Assembly: GCA_001029795.1 (NCBI GenBank)
Contig: CP011216.1
Coordinates: 6,903 to 70,902, forward strand
Direction of reading: 5' to 3'
Length of the DNA: 64,000 bases
DNA from: a candidate division Kazan bacterium GW2011_GWA1_50_15
GTDB taxonomy: Bacteria > Patescibacteriota > Kazan-3B-28
The notes beneath the pieces are model-generated. The model was not told where the DNA came from. It saw only the letters and a program-made list of their open reading frames with translations, and searched no databases. Below, piece after piece: positions 7,607-15,778 of the stretch. The position numbers and the translations under genes are program-made. Each line of letters opens with the position of its first letter. Positions within the stretch are counted from its first letter, which is position 1.

Positions 7607-10600
7607 AGATTATTTTCTTTTGCAATTTGTAGGTATAAGCGGTTGACCTCTTTGTCCACATCACGCATTTTAGAATCATTCTTATAGCCAAGATGAGCTT
7701 CCTTCGATAGGTTAACAAGTGCTTTGTGCGCACTATTGTTAGGGTCATACTTGGGGATATATACAGGGGGTCGAATCTTAAAGGTCCGACTGTCTGAGGA
7801 TAATAACACAAATTTTTGTGTGATAGGGGCATTTAGGATGGCACAAATGAAGTGGGCTTCGTCGATTGTGATAAAGCCTCCCTTGGCATCTTCGCAGATA
7901 GATACGGCGTGGTTCTGAAAGAGCGGATGTCTTACCCCGCCCCATTCAGTATCCACGTCGGACACGACCACAGCCTGCCATTTTGTGTTGTCTCGAAAAC
8001 AGACATAATTTCTTGCAAAGCTATAAGCCCCCACCCTTGCTAAGGCGTAAAACTCCTGCTCTTTTTTGCCAATAATCTTTGCATTGTATTCTGTTTGATT
8101 CTCAAACATCTTTTTGTAGTTTACGAAATAGGTGGCGAGTAAGGGACTTTTTTCTTTTAATATTTTGAGATTCAAAGGGACACGAGTGCTAACCTCCTTA
8201 TCGTATGGAAATGGAACAACATAATTGTCGTCTGTGTTGAGATGATATCTTTCAATATCGACACCCTTGATTAGGGGGTGTAGATATTCTTTCTCTACTA
8301 AAATAGTTTGCTGACCTATCTTATACTTTGACTTTTGATTTTGATAATTGTTAAGATATACCTTCCCAGTTAGGGCTTTTATCTCTAAATCGGCTTTGAA
8401 CAGAAGGAGCTCCTGTGGATAGAATTCGATGCCCTCTCTACCTAAATAATAAGAGCTACCCGAGATTGAATTGAAATCTTGTATGTCAGATTTATTATTA
8501 GCATAAGTAAAAGCCGTGTTTTCATCATTGCACTGACCAAGATACCCCTCTTTTTTAATAAAGAATTCTTTTACATTCTCAAACTTAGAGTAATGATTGA
8601 TTTCCTCAATCGGCTTTTTAGTGTTTTTCTTGTAAATCTCTAAGTTAATGCCTTTCTTGTAGTCAGTTTTGTTGCTTGATATAAAGTAGGTTAAAAACTT
8701 ATGCTGGACAGGTTTGAAAGGATGACCCGCTCCTGTCCAATCAACAATTTTTTGGAAGTAAAATCTTGTGCCATCTGAAATATAAAAATTCCTAAAACCC
8801 TCATAAGTCTGTTGGAATAGGAGATTCTGTGGCATCAGGAAAGAAAGCACCCCGTCTTTTTTTAGCCAGTTATCAACAGCGACATTCGCAATAAGAGCAC
8901 AGATATTGAGATTAATACCCCCAGTAATACCATCGCCTGAGAATAGGTGTCTTTCGATGCAGAGAGATTTCACCCTTTCTCGATAACCCTCAGGTAGGCT
9001 TTTCCAGTCAATCCAGGGCGGATTGCCGACTATCAGGTCAAATTTGCCGAGATTGGCAGTGGTAAGAAAATTCGTAACAATACGAGCCCAGATACCATTC
9101 CACTCGTTTTTCTCGAGTTCAACGAATCTGCTGGACAAGTCCTGGATATTTGAAATTATATCGTTGTTAATGTCTGCCTTGTTTACTAAAGCAACTATCT
9201 TATTAAAAACCGCCTTTTCATCTAATGCTTTGATATCTTGTTCGATTGCAGTCATTGTCCTTGAAAATAGACCAGAATCAGCCACTGCACTTTTGGGTAA
9301 GGTAACGTCGAGGTATCCTTTAAGGGTTTTGATTTTGTAGTTTAAGCAATCAACACCTGAGACCTTGGTTTCTTCTGGAACATATGAAGAATCGCCCAGG
9401 TAAACTGGGATTTCTATGTCTCCATCGTCAGTAATCAAATGAGCGATATTGATAAAGTAGTTTATTCTACAAGTCAGCACTGCTAACGGGTTCAGGTCAA
9501 TTGCCTTAACACGATTCAATATGCTCTTTAAGCGATTCTCTTTGCTGTTATCAGATGCTTCTTCGTTGATAATTTTCTCAATCAGAACAGTTATAAATGT
9601 TCCAGACCCAGCACAAGGGTCTAATCCTCTCCAATTTGGCTTATTATCCAACATTTCGATTGTCTCTGTAACAAGGTGGTCGGCAAGCCAAGCTGGTGTA
9701 TAGAATTCACCTAAGCTATGCCTAACTTTTAATGGGATTATTTGCTCGTATAGTTCTTTAAATAAATCTTGAGCACGGGTCTCTTCCTGAGATAAAATCT
9801 TGTCTTCATATTTTGTAAGAGTATGAAAGGTTTCCTTAACTATTTCATAAATGTCGTCGCTCCATTGACCAGGTGATGCATACCAAGAGAAAAAGTCTCC
9901 CTCAAGGAGATTAGTGATACCCAGAGACCTAAAGACAGCTCCATCTTCAAGTGCCTCCATTTGCTTCTGAATGACGGAACTGTTGCTGACAGCCAGCTCG
10001 TTGAATTGGATGATATTTTTCTTGAACTTAATTTTACTTGTAACCTTATAGGCAATTATTTTGATAATTATTGCATAAGCCGTTTGTAGAGAATATAGGG
10101 CTAAATATTCCTCTGCATTGGTTTTGATTTTGATACCCAAACTCCTCCCCAGTGCATGTCTTCTTTCTTCAATAGCCAATTGTTTAGACTTGTCGTTATG
10201 TGCAAGTCTAAACAATTCTCGCCACTCTTCAAAGAGCATCAGAGTTTTGCCAGTAGCTTTATTGTTAAGGGTGTCAAAAAGAATTTTTGCCAACCTTTTT
10301 GATAGAGAGCAATCAAGAGGTTCACAAAAATCTTTGACAAGGTTTTTTGAGTTAAGGGCTACTAAGTCAAGGATTAGTATCGACCTAATTATTCTGTCCA
10401 AATATCTATCCGAGATATCTCCCCAAGCTTCCTCATAAATTTTACCGTGTTCACATCTTATAAACTTTAAAATAATCCCGTCTGTAACAAGACCAAGATA
10501 GTCGTTCTGATTTTTTGCATATAAACCAGAAAGATAGTCAGTTAATTGTTGGTCCGCACTATCCTTATGTGCTTTTGTTTTTAGTTTACTCGGGTGCTTG

Positions 10601-10863
10601 AATTCAATAATGAATCCACCATACTTGCTGTCTATCCTTCCTTTGGTTATGTGCCGTTCAGTATTGACCAACTTTTCCTTCTGGGGATAGTATTTAATTC
10701 CTAAGTGGTCAGACAAAAAGGCAAATAAGTTGATTTCAAAAACACTTACAACAGTAGCTTCATTTTCTGCCGTCTCTGAGCCTCGGCGTATAGACAAAGC
10801 CAAGTCGACAAGCTTTTCTCTGTATTCAGTAGTGTCTAAAAAACTAAGGTTTTTGCTTTCCAT
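7603..10863 (-). CDS. Type IIG/IIL-like fused restriction-modification enzyme (N-terminal PD-(D/E)xK nuclease + gamma-class N6-adenine MTase + C-terminal target-recognition region), 1086 aa
   Basis: IDSKYGGFIIEFK (D...ExK) near the N-terminus. MTase motif I LDPCAGSGTF and motif IV IVGNPPWIDW. Size and layout resemble MmeI/BpuSI-type enzymes. Start overlaps the recombinase stop (ATGA). Confidence 0.6.
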   Translation of the reverse strand: MESKNLSFLDTTEYREKLVDLALSIRRGSETAENEATVVSVFEINLFAFLSDHLGIKYYPQKEKLVNTERHITKGRIDSKYGGFIIEFKHPSKLKTKAHKDSADQQLTDYLSGLYAKNQNDYLGLVTDGIILKFIRCEHGKIYEEAWGDISDRYLDRIIRSILILDLVALNSKNLVKDFCEPLDCSLSKRLAKILFDTLNNKATGKTLMLFEEWRELFRLAHNDKSKQLAIEERRHALGRSLGIKIKTNAEEYLALYSLQTAYAIIIKIIAYKVTSKIKFKKNIIQFNELAVSNSSVIQKQMEALEDGAVFRSLGITNLLEGDFFSWYASPGQWSDDIYEIVKETFHTLTKYEDKILSQEETRAQDLFKELYEQIIPLKVRHSLGEFYTPAWLADHLVTETIEMLDNKPNWRGLDPCAGSGTFITVLIEKIINEEASDNSKENRLKSILNRVKAIDLNPLAVLTCRINYFINIAHLITDDGDIEIPVYLGDSSYVPEETKVSGVDCLNYKIKTLKGYLDVTLPKSAVADSGLFSRTMTAIEQDIKALDEKAVFNKIVALVNKADINNDIISNIQDLSSRFVELEKNEWNGIWARIVTNFLTTANLGKFDLIVGNPPWIDWKSLPEGYRERVKSLCIERHLFSGDGITGGINLNICALIANVAVDNWLKKDGVLSFLMPQNLLFQQTYEGFRNFYISDGTRFYFQKIVDWTGAGHPFKPVQHKFLTYFISSNKTDYKKGINLEIYKKNTKKPIEEINHYSKFENVKEFFIKKEGYLGQCNDENTAFTYANNKSDIQDFNSISGSSYYLGREGIEFYPQELLLFKADLEIKALTGKVYLNNYQNQKSKYKIGQQTILVEKEYLHPLIKGVDIERYHLNTDDNYVVPFPYDKEVSTRVPLNLKILKEKSPLLATYFVNYKKMFENQTEYNAKIIGKKEQEFYALARVGAYSFARNYVCFRDNTKWQAVVVSDVDTEWGGVRHPLFQNHAVSICEDAKGGFITIDEAHFICAILNAPITQKFVLLSSDSRTFKIRPPVYIPKYDPNNSAHKALVNLSKEAHLGYKNDSKMRDVDKEVNRLYLQIAKENNL

Positions 10864-11041
10864 AAGTGTTCTGATGCAAGAATTGGCTAAAAGTTTTTTT
10901 GTCGATTCTATATTCTTTGCCGAATTTATAGACCTTTAACTTGCCAGCTTTTATATAGCGGTAAATCGTCATTATGTTGACCTGCAGTTTCTCGGCTAAC
11001 TCCTGGGCTGTATAGAAATCTTTTTCCATAGTAATCCTCAT
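10844..11041 (-). CDS. Excisionase-family helix-turn-helix DNA-binding protein (AlpA/Xis-like)
   Basis: YTAQELAEKLQVNIMTIYRYIKAGKLKVYKFGKEYRI matches the excisionase-family HTH pattern. 3' end overlaps the start of the Type IIG gene. Confidence 0.6.
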   Translation of the reverse strand: MRITMEKDFYTAQELAEKLQVNIMTIYRYIKAGKLKVYKFGKEYRIDKKTFSQFLHQNTYGKQKP

Positions 11042-11068
11042 TACGTTAGTATTATACTTTACAATGCT

Positions 11069-12190
11069 TTACATCTCAAATCTGGGTTTGTAAGGTTGAA
11101 ATTCATCAATCTGAGCAATGACTTGCTTAACCCAGCCGTCATATTGGGCGGGGGATTTGTTGAGGTTTTTTAGCTCTTTTACGATTCGAGTCCAAGTGCG
11201 AGGGTTGGCTCTGTTGTTTAGCATTTGTCGTAATTCTCTTATGCCTGTTGCGTCTTTAGCCAAGAGATATAAGCCCGTAAGAAAGATGGCTTGTTTGTGT
11301 TTGATTTTAGGGTGGTTAATCAGGATGGTATTAAGAATTTGCTTGGGCTTAATGTCGCTGGTAAAGATAAATAAGTTGTGGTTGGCTATGAGCTCTTGCC
11401 AGTAGTAGCTCACTACCTTTTGCGAGGTGCCGCTACAGAAAACATCTTTAAATGTGGGATTCTTGGGGTATCCGAGTTTCTGGAGTAAAGAATTGAGTTT
11501 ACGCCTGTCAGCAATGCGTATTTCCACTCTAAGAATTTCAAGTTTTTGTTCTTGGGCTTGTTCAAATAAAGAGCGTTGAATATAGTTTTGGTCTTTGTCT
11601 ATGGAACGGTTTTTGGTCTTCTGGATGTCTTGGATTTTGTCATAAAAGACAAGGGAATTCGAGGTGGCATAGTATTGCAGGGATTGCCCATCGTTCTGAA
11701 ACCCGTGCCGTGTAATATCCAGTTTTTTAGATATGTTTACCTTCATTAGCTCTTTGATTACGAAGCTTGGGGTGTAGCCATCCTCAAGTTCAATATTTTT
11801 GGAGTAGTGGACTGCGGATACCTGTGCAGTGGCTAACAGGGGTTTTAGTATGTTAACCCCAATATCCCTAAGACTGTTGGTTAGTCTTTCAAGCACGGCA
11901 TCAAAGTCGCTATCGGTCAGTTCTTCCAGATTGTTGCCGTATAGCAGTTTAGGGGCTGAAAACTGGATAGTTAGCTCCTGTGCTATCTGACCATCTTTTG
12001 TCCATCTTTTCGTAAGGGTTAGGCAGGGTCTGTAGTGATGCAACCGTCTTTCTTCGGCAGTCGGGTTGTTTGTGATTTTGCTTATGGGTTTTTCATACTT
12101 AGTGAAATCATCAGCATTTTTGCTGAATTTATCGGGTTTTGAGATGTAATATTGCCCCTTAGGAATTTTTAGGACGATTGTGTCTATCAT
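11069..12190 (-). CDS. Hypothetical protein, 373 aa; possibly a replication/mobilisation initiator of the integrated element
   Basis: No firm motif. Position within a recombinase-bearing element and basic/Tyr-containing segments suggest a Rep-like role; this is an unverified guess. Confidence 0.3.
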   Translation of the reverse strand: MIDTIVLKIPKGQYYISKPDKFSKNADDFTKYEKPISKITNNPTAEERRLHHYRPCLTLTKRWTKDGQIAQELTIQFSAPKLLYGNNLEELTDSDFDAVLERLTNSLRDIGVNILKPLLATAQVSAVHYSKNIELEDGYTPSFVIKELMKVNISKKLDITRHGFQNDGQSLQYYATSNSLVFYDKIQDIQKTKNRSIDKDQNYIQRSLFEQAQEQKLEILRVEIRIADRRKLNSLLQKLGYPKNPTFKDVFCSGTSQKVVSYYWQELIANHNLFIFTSDIKPKQILNTILINHPKIKHKQAIFLTGLYLLAKDATGIRELRQMLNNRANPRTWTRIVKELKNLNKSPAQYDGWVKQVIAQIDEFQPYKPRFEM

Positions 12191-12399
12191 TGCGTTTATA
12201 TTTTTGGGGATTATTACGCTGGTCTACTTTAAAGAGAATTGCCATAAATTGGACGAGTTTACCCCAGTCCTCTTGAGAGAGATTTTTCAGGGTCGGATTA
12301 CCGAGGCTGGATTGTTGGTTGTTTGCAGACATAAAAATAACCTCTGTTTTGAGGTTACAAAATGCTGTGTTTGCAGAACTCTGCGAGGTAGTCTGCAGA

Positions 12400-13551
12400 C
12401 TATTCGAGGTATTTTTTGTTGAGCTGGAGCGTAGTTTTTTTCATAATTACAAAATCCCTAATCCTGGTTTGCTTGGCTATCTCCTCGTTGAGGTCATAGG
12501 TGGCATTGTAGAGCTTCTTCCAATGCTTGCGAGGGTTATACTCAATGCTCTTGCCAAAGAGTTTTTCCCAAAGTTCATCGACATCCCAGACTTTTGTGGG
12601 GGCTTTGAATACTGCTTTGAGTAGATAGTGGGGGTTGCTGTCGAGAGTTTTAGAGATGATAGCTCTGTGAACCTGAAATACCAACTCGCTTGTTTTGGGG
12701 TTGAAGGCGGTTGGGCATTTTGTCAGCACTTTGGTTGGCTGGTTTTCTTCTTGGAGAGTTTTGTTTTTTAGCGTAACCCTGACCTTATAAGTCATTGTTT
12801 CCTTCTCGGGAGGGACATCCCAGTCCGTTACCCAGATTGCATTAACATCAAAATATCCCTGCTTTTCCAAGGCAATCAGGGTATGTATGAACAGACCCTG
12901 TCTCTCTGCCAAGATATAACTTGGGAATGGATTGGGGGTATTTTGACCAGGGTTTTGCACCACAAAGGTGTTGCCAAGGTCTCTGCTCTCCATTTTGAGC
13001 TCCCGTAACATCCGCTCCTTTTGTCTATCGAATTTGTAGTAATTATCTTTTTCTACAGCCAGGTTATCAGATATAAATGCTTCAATGTAAGATGTCAGAA
13101 AACTATCCAGCCTATCCTGGGTTTTCTTGCTGAGTATAGTTGGGAACTCAAACCACTCTGCCAACTTGTATTTTTCGGATATCATTCCTATCGCTATAAA
13201 GTCTTGATAGGTAAACTCATTTTTCTTCAGGGCTTCTATCGAGTTTGCTATTCCTTCGCTAACACCATCTTCAATGTGCTGGCTCCACTCATCATCATTG
13301 GTGTAGGTGTAATATCCTTTAGAGTTGAAAGAGAGACCATCTATCTCGATACCCATATTTTTCATATGGAGGCTTAGTAATGCCAAGCACACGCCCAAGG
13401 TCGAGAAGTCGGGAGCAGCGAGGTCTTCAAATCCTATGGGGTTTTTGGTGGTCAACCTGTGCGCATTAGCATACTTCCAGAGTCCATATAGGATTTTCTC
13501 TGGCAGATAGGGGCACTGCTTCAATTTTTGGGGGTTGGACGCTTGCTTCAT
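12400..13551 (-). CDS. Hypothetical protein, 383 aa
   Basis: Long ORF in the AT-rich island with no recognisable domain. Confidence 0.35.
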   Translation of the reverse strand: MKQASNPQKLKQCPYLPEKILYGLWKYANAHRLTTKNPIGFEDLAAPDFSTLGVCLALLSLHMKNMGIEIDGLSFNSKGYYTYTNDDEWSQHIEDGVSEGIANSIEALKKNEFTYQDFIAIGMISEKYKLAEWFEFPTILSKKTQDRLDSFLTSYIEAFISDNLAVEKDNYYKFDRQKERMLRELKMESRDLGNTFVVQNPGQNTPNPFPSYILAERQGLFIHTLIALEKQGYFDVNAIWVTDWDVPPEKETMTYKVRVTLKNKTLQEENQPTKVLTKCPTAFNPKTSELVFQVHRAIISKTLDSNPHYLLKAVFKAPTKVWDVDELWEKLFGKSIEYNPRKHWKKLYNATYDLNEEIAKQTRIRDFVIMKKTTLQLNKKYLE

Positions 13552-13652
13552 ACTCTCTTTACTTTAGTTTACAACAGTATGATAGTCGACCTATGATGTA
13601 GGGGATGTATAAGCGAAGAAGACAGCCAGCACTAAAACTGAGGCAATCACTT

Positions 13653-13728
13653 GCCTCTGTAGCTCAATGGACAGAGCAACTGTCTTCTGAACAGTAGGTT
13701 GAGGGTTCAAATCCCTCCAGAGACACCA
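13653..13728 (+). tRNA. tRNA-Arg (anticodon TCT), embedded at the right end of the island
   Basis: D-arm gctc/gagc, anticodon stem actgt/acagt with loop ctTCTga, T-arm gagggttcaaatccctc, CCA encoded. One C-A mismatch at acceptor pair 2:71. Confidence 0.6.
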
Positions 13729-13787
13729 AGGGCAATGACGGCACTTTCTGATTGTGCTTTTTCTGCTTGTCCTGCTACGATGTAGGC

Positions 13788-14294
13788 ATGACGATGAAGA
13801 CTACCAAGCTACCCCCGAAGGCACTCAAAGCAGTTGATGTGGGGCGGTATTTTATACATCTCTCCAATGAGGCAGGGAAGCCAATAACCAACAAAAAGCT
13901 ACAAAAGCTGGTCTATTACTCTCAGGCTTGGTCATTGGTGCTTAACGATAAAAAGCTCTTTGGTGAGCCTATTGAAGCGTGGGTTCACGGACCTGCTGTG
14001 CGAAGCCTGTATGTTCAATACAAGCCATTTGGCTTTGGTCCAATACGGGAAACGATAAGCGTTCAGGATGTCAAAAAAATATCTGGCAAGGTCAAGAAAC
14101 TCCTTGATGACATCTGGCAGGTTTATGGCAAGTTAGATGCCAGTTATCTTGAAATGCTGACCCATTCTGAACAGCCTTGGCTGACTGCTCGGGATGGACT
14201 ACAGGGGCACGAGAACTCTGAGAAGGAAATATCTTTAGACAGTATGAAGAGCTTCTATACCGACAAGCTCCAAAAGTCTAAAGGTAGAAAATGA
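13788..14294 (+). CDS. Panacea-domain (DUF4065, SocA-like) antitoxin-type protein
   Basis: KLQKLVYYSQAWSLVLNDKKLFGEPIEAWVHGPAVRSLY matches the DUF4065/Panacea core. The ORF is listed from 13752; internal Met preferred. Confidence 0.55.
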   Translation: MTMKTTKLPPKALKAVDVGRYFIHLSNEAGKPITNKKLQKLVYYSQAWSLVLNDKKLFGEPIEAWVHGPAVRSLYVQYKPFGFGPIRETISVQDVKKISGKVKKLLDDIWQVYGKLDASYLEMLTHSEQPWLTARDGLQGHENSEKEISLDSMKSFYTDKLQKSKGRK

Positions 14295-14737
14295 CAGATA
14301 TTCCCAAAGGTGTAGTTCAGCCCTCTGAAGAGGGGGGTATAGAGATAACCCAATCGGTTGCTGAACTGCCCGAGGAAAGCGAAGCTCCAGAGGCGAGCCC
14401 TTATTTGATTTCTTTTGCGAAGTATAACGAGAGAGAGTGCCAGATTGCTGATTTGCAGGGGAATATGGGTAAAAAGGCGTTGTTAATACTAAAGGCAATA
14501 GGCACTAAGATAAAGTGCATTGCAGACTTTGCTACTCATAATGTTGAAAGGCGTCCCATAAGGCGGGAGGGGGACTATTTGAAACTGTATAGGGGTCTCA
14601 GTGATGATATTGACCTTCACGAAGCCAACCTACAAAGCACGGGTAGGATTTTCTATTTTGATGTGGAGCCAGACAGGTTGCTCTATGTGGTCGCAATTAC
14701 CAATCGCCATTTTGAGACGGGCAAGGTTAGGCGGTAG
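14291..14737 (+). CDS. Putative RelE/ParE-fold toxin partner, 148 aa
   Basis: 4-nt overlap with the upstream Panacea gene. C-terminal RIFYFDVEPDRLLYVVAITNRHFE resembles the RelE/ParE C-terminal motif (R.YY....L.v..I.H). Confidence 0.4.
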   Translation: MTDIPKGVVQPSEEGGIEITQSVAELPEESEAPEASPYLISFAKYNERECQIADLQGNMGKKALLILKAIGTKIKCIADFATHNVERRPIRREGDYLKLYRGLSDDIDLHEANLQSTGRIFYFDVEPDRLLYVVAITNRHFETGKVRR

Positions 14738-14857
14738 CCAGCCCCCGTTCCAATAACGGCAGGATGCCCGAATACCCCAATTCCTGTTTGATAACCTTCC
14801 AGTCAACTGTTCTAAACTTGTCCAATAGGGGGAGCCAACCAGTGCGCGAGCAAAGCG

Positions 14858-14890
14858 ACCCAGATGCGTTAAATCAGTCCAGTAGCCCAA
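14858..14890. repeat. Partial copy of the tRNA-3'-end-like repeat (gacccagatgcgtt ... cagtagccc)
   Basis: Matches the central block of copies 2 and 3 and the leader of copy 2. Confidence 0.4.
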
Positions 14891-14992
14891 AACCCCTTCC
14901 CGGAGGGCTGTTTTGTGCTACTATCTAAGTGTTCACCCACAACTTAAAAATCCGAAGGATTTCTCTATTTTGGAAGAGATTCGTCATGGGTA

Positions 14993-15190
14993 AAGGCGGG
15001 CAGATGCTCGAATAACTGACAAAGAAATAGCTAAGTTCCAGCAGATTTACGAGAAGGAGTTTGGAGTCAAAATCAGCAAGAAGGACGCCCTGGAACAGGG
15101 CACTAAGCTGTTGGTTTTAATGAAAGCCATTTGCCAGCCCATTCCATCACGAGGCCACGAAGATAGTCCAAAGTCCAGCCCAAGACAGTA
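14993..15190 (+). pseudogene. Gene remnant without start codon (…KEIAKFQQIYEKEFGVKISKKDALEQGTKLLVLMKAI…) in a degenerate, ORF-poor zone
   Basis: Open frame with no ATG. Lies in 14740-15190, which carries repeat fragments. Confidence 0.25.
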
Positions 15191-15343
15191 GCCCTTGCCA
15201 CTGTCTCATTTGTCTCATTTCCTCCTAAGGTTCTATAACTGACCCAGATGCGTTCGGGCCCATCCAAAACCTCCGAATTATCTCCTTTGGTGGGGGTTCT
15301 GAACCCAGCTGTTGAGCCAAACAAAAACGAGTCAAATGACCGA
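15187..15343. repeat. Repeat copy 2: tRNA-Asn 3'-end-like segment followed by a 21-nt flank identical to the flank of the intact tRNA-Asn
   Basis: ggttctgaacccagctgttgagcca mimics ctggttcgaatccagccgcgggagcca. aaaaacgagtcaaatgaccga (15323-15343) is identical to 669-689 immediately 3' of tRNA-Asn. Confidence 0.65.
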
Positions 15344-15392
15344 CCCCCTAAGGGACGGGCATTTGGCGGTTCTCAGAAAAAGTCGCTTCCAG

Positions 15393-15421
15393 TTGACTTA
15401 AGAGGTAATTTATGATATAAT
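15393..15421 (+). promoter_or_regulatory. Consensus sigma70-type promoter (TTGACT - 17 nt - TATAAT)
   Basis: ttgact at 15393-15398 and tataat at 15416-15421 with 17-nt spacer, 28 nt upstream of the 15449 ORF. Confidence 0.55.
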
Positions 15422-15448
15422 AAACAAGCTTTTAAAAACCAAAATAAA

Positions 15449-15778
15449 ATGGCCGAGAAATCACTTGAGTCCCCTCTGGAAGAAGAAGTCATCAAACGCT
15501 TCAAGCTGTTTAGGGATTTGCGTGATAATGAGGAAGACGAGAGAATATTGAATCTGGTGGAAGAGGGGTTGCGGGAAGAGGCATTGCGAGCTGTCGCGGA
15601 GATGATACCCGCGGGCCAGGCTGAGTCAGTCAAAAAGAAACTAGCTCAGGCAACTACAGCGGATGAAGCCATGGGAGTACTGGCTAGTTTTGCGCAGGAC
15701 GATTTGACTCGTTGGCAATTGAGAAATCGACTGATGGCTTATCTGGACAACCTATTAGTGAAAAGTAAAGCAATGTAA
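15449..15778 (+). CDS. Small acidic hypothetical protein, 109 aa
   Basis: ORF preceded by the consensus promoter. Stop overlaps the start of the next gene (TAATG). Confidence 0.45.
   Translation: MAEKSLESPLEEEVIKRFKLFRDLRDNEEDERILNLVEEGLREEALRAVAEMIPAGQAESVKKKLAQATTADEAMGVLASFAQDDLTRWQLRNRLMAYLDNLLVKSKAM

Noticed and set aside
7470-7832. 120-aa minus-strand ORF spanning the recombinase/Type IIG junction
   Set aside because: It overlaps two well-supported genes out of frame.
12180-12624. Small plus-strand ORFs (80 and 101 aa) between the Rep-like gene and the 383-aa gene
   Set aside because: They are opposite in orientation to the operon, have no motifs, and lie in a likely promoter/intergenic region.
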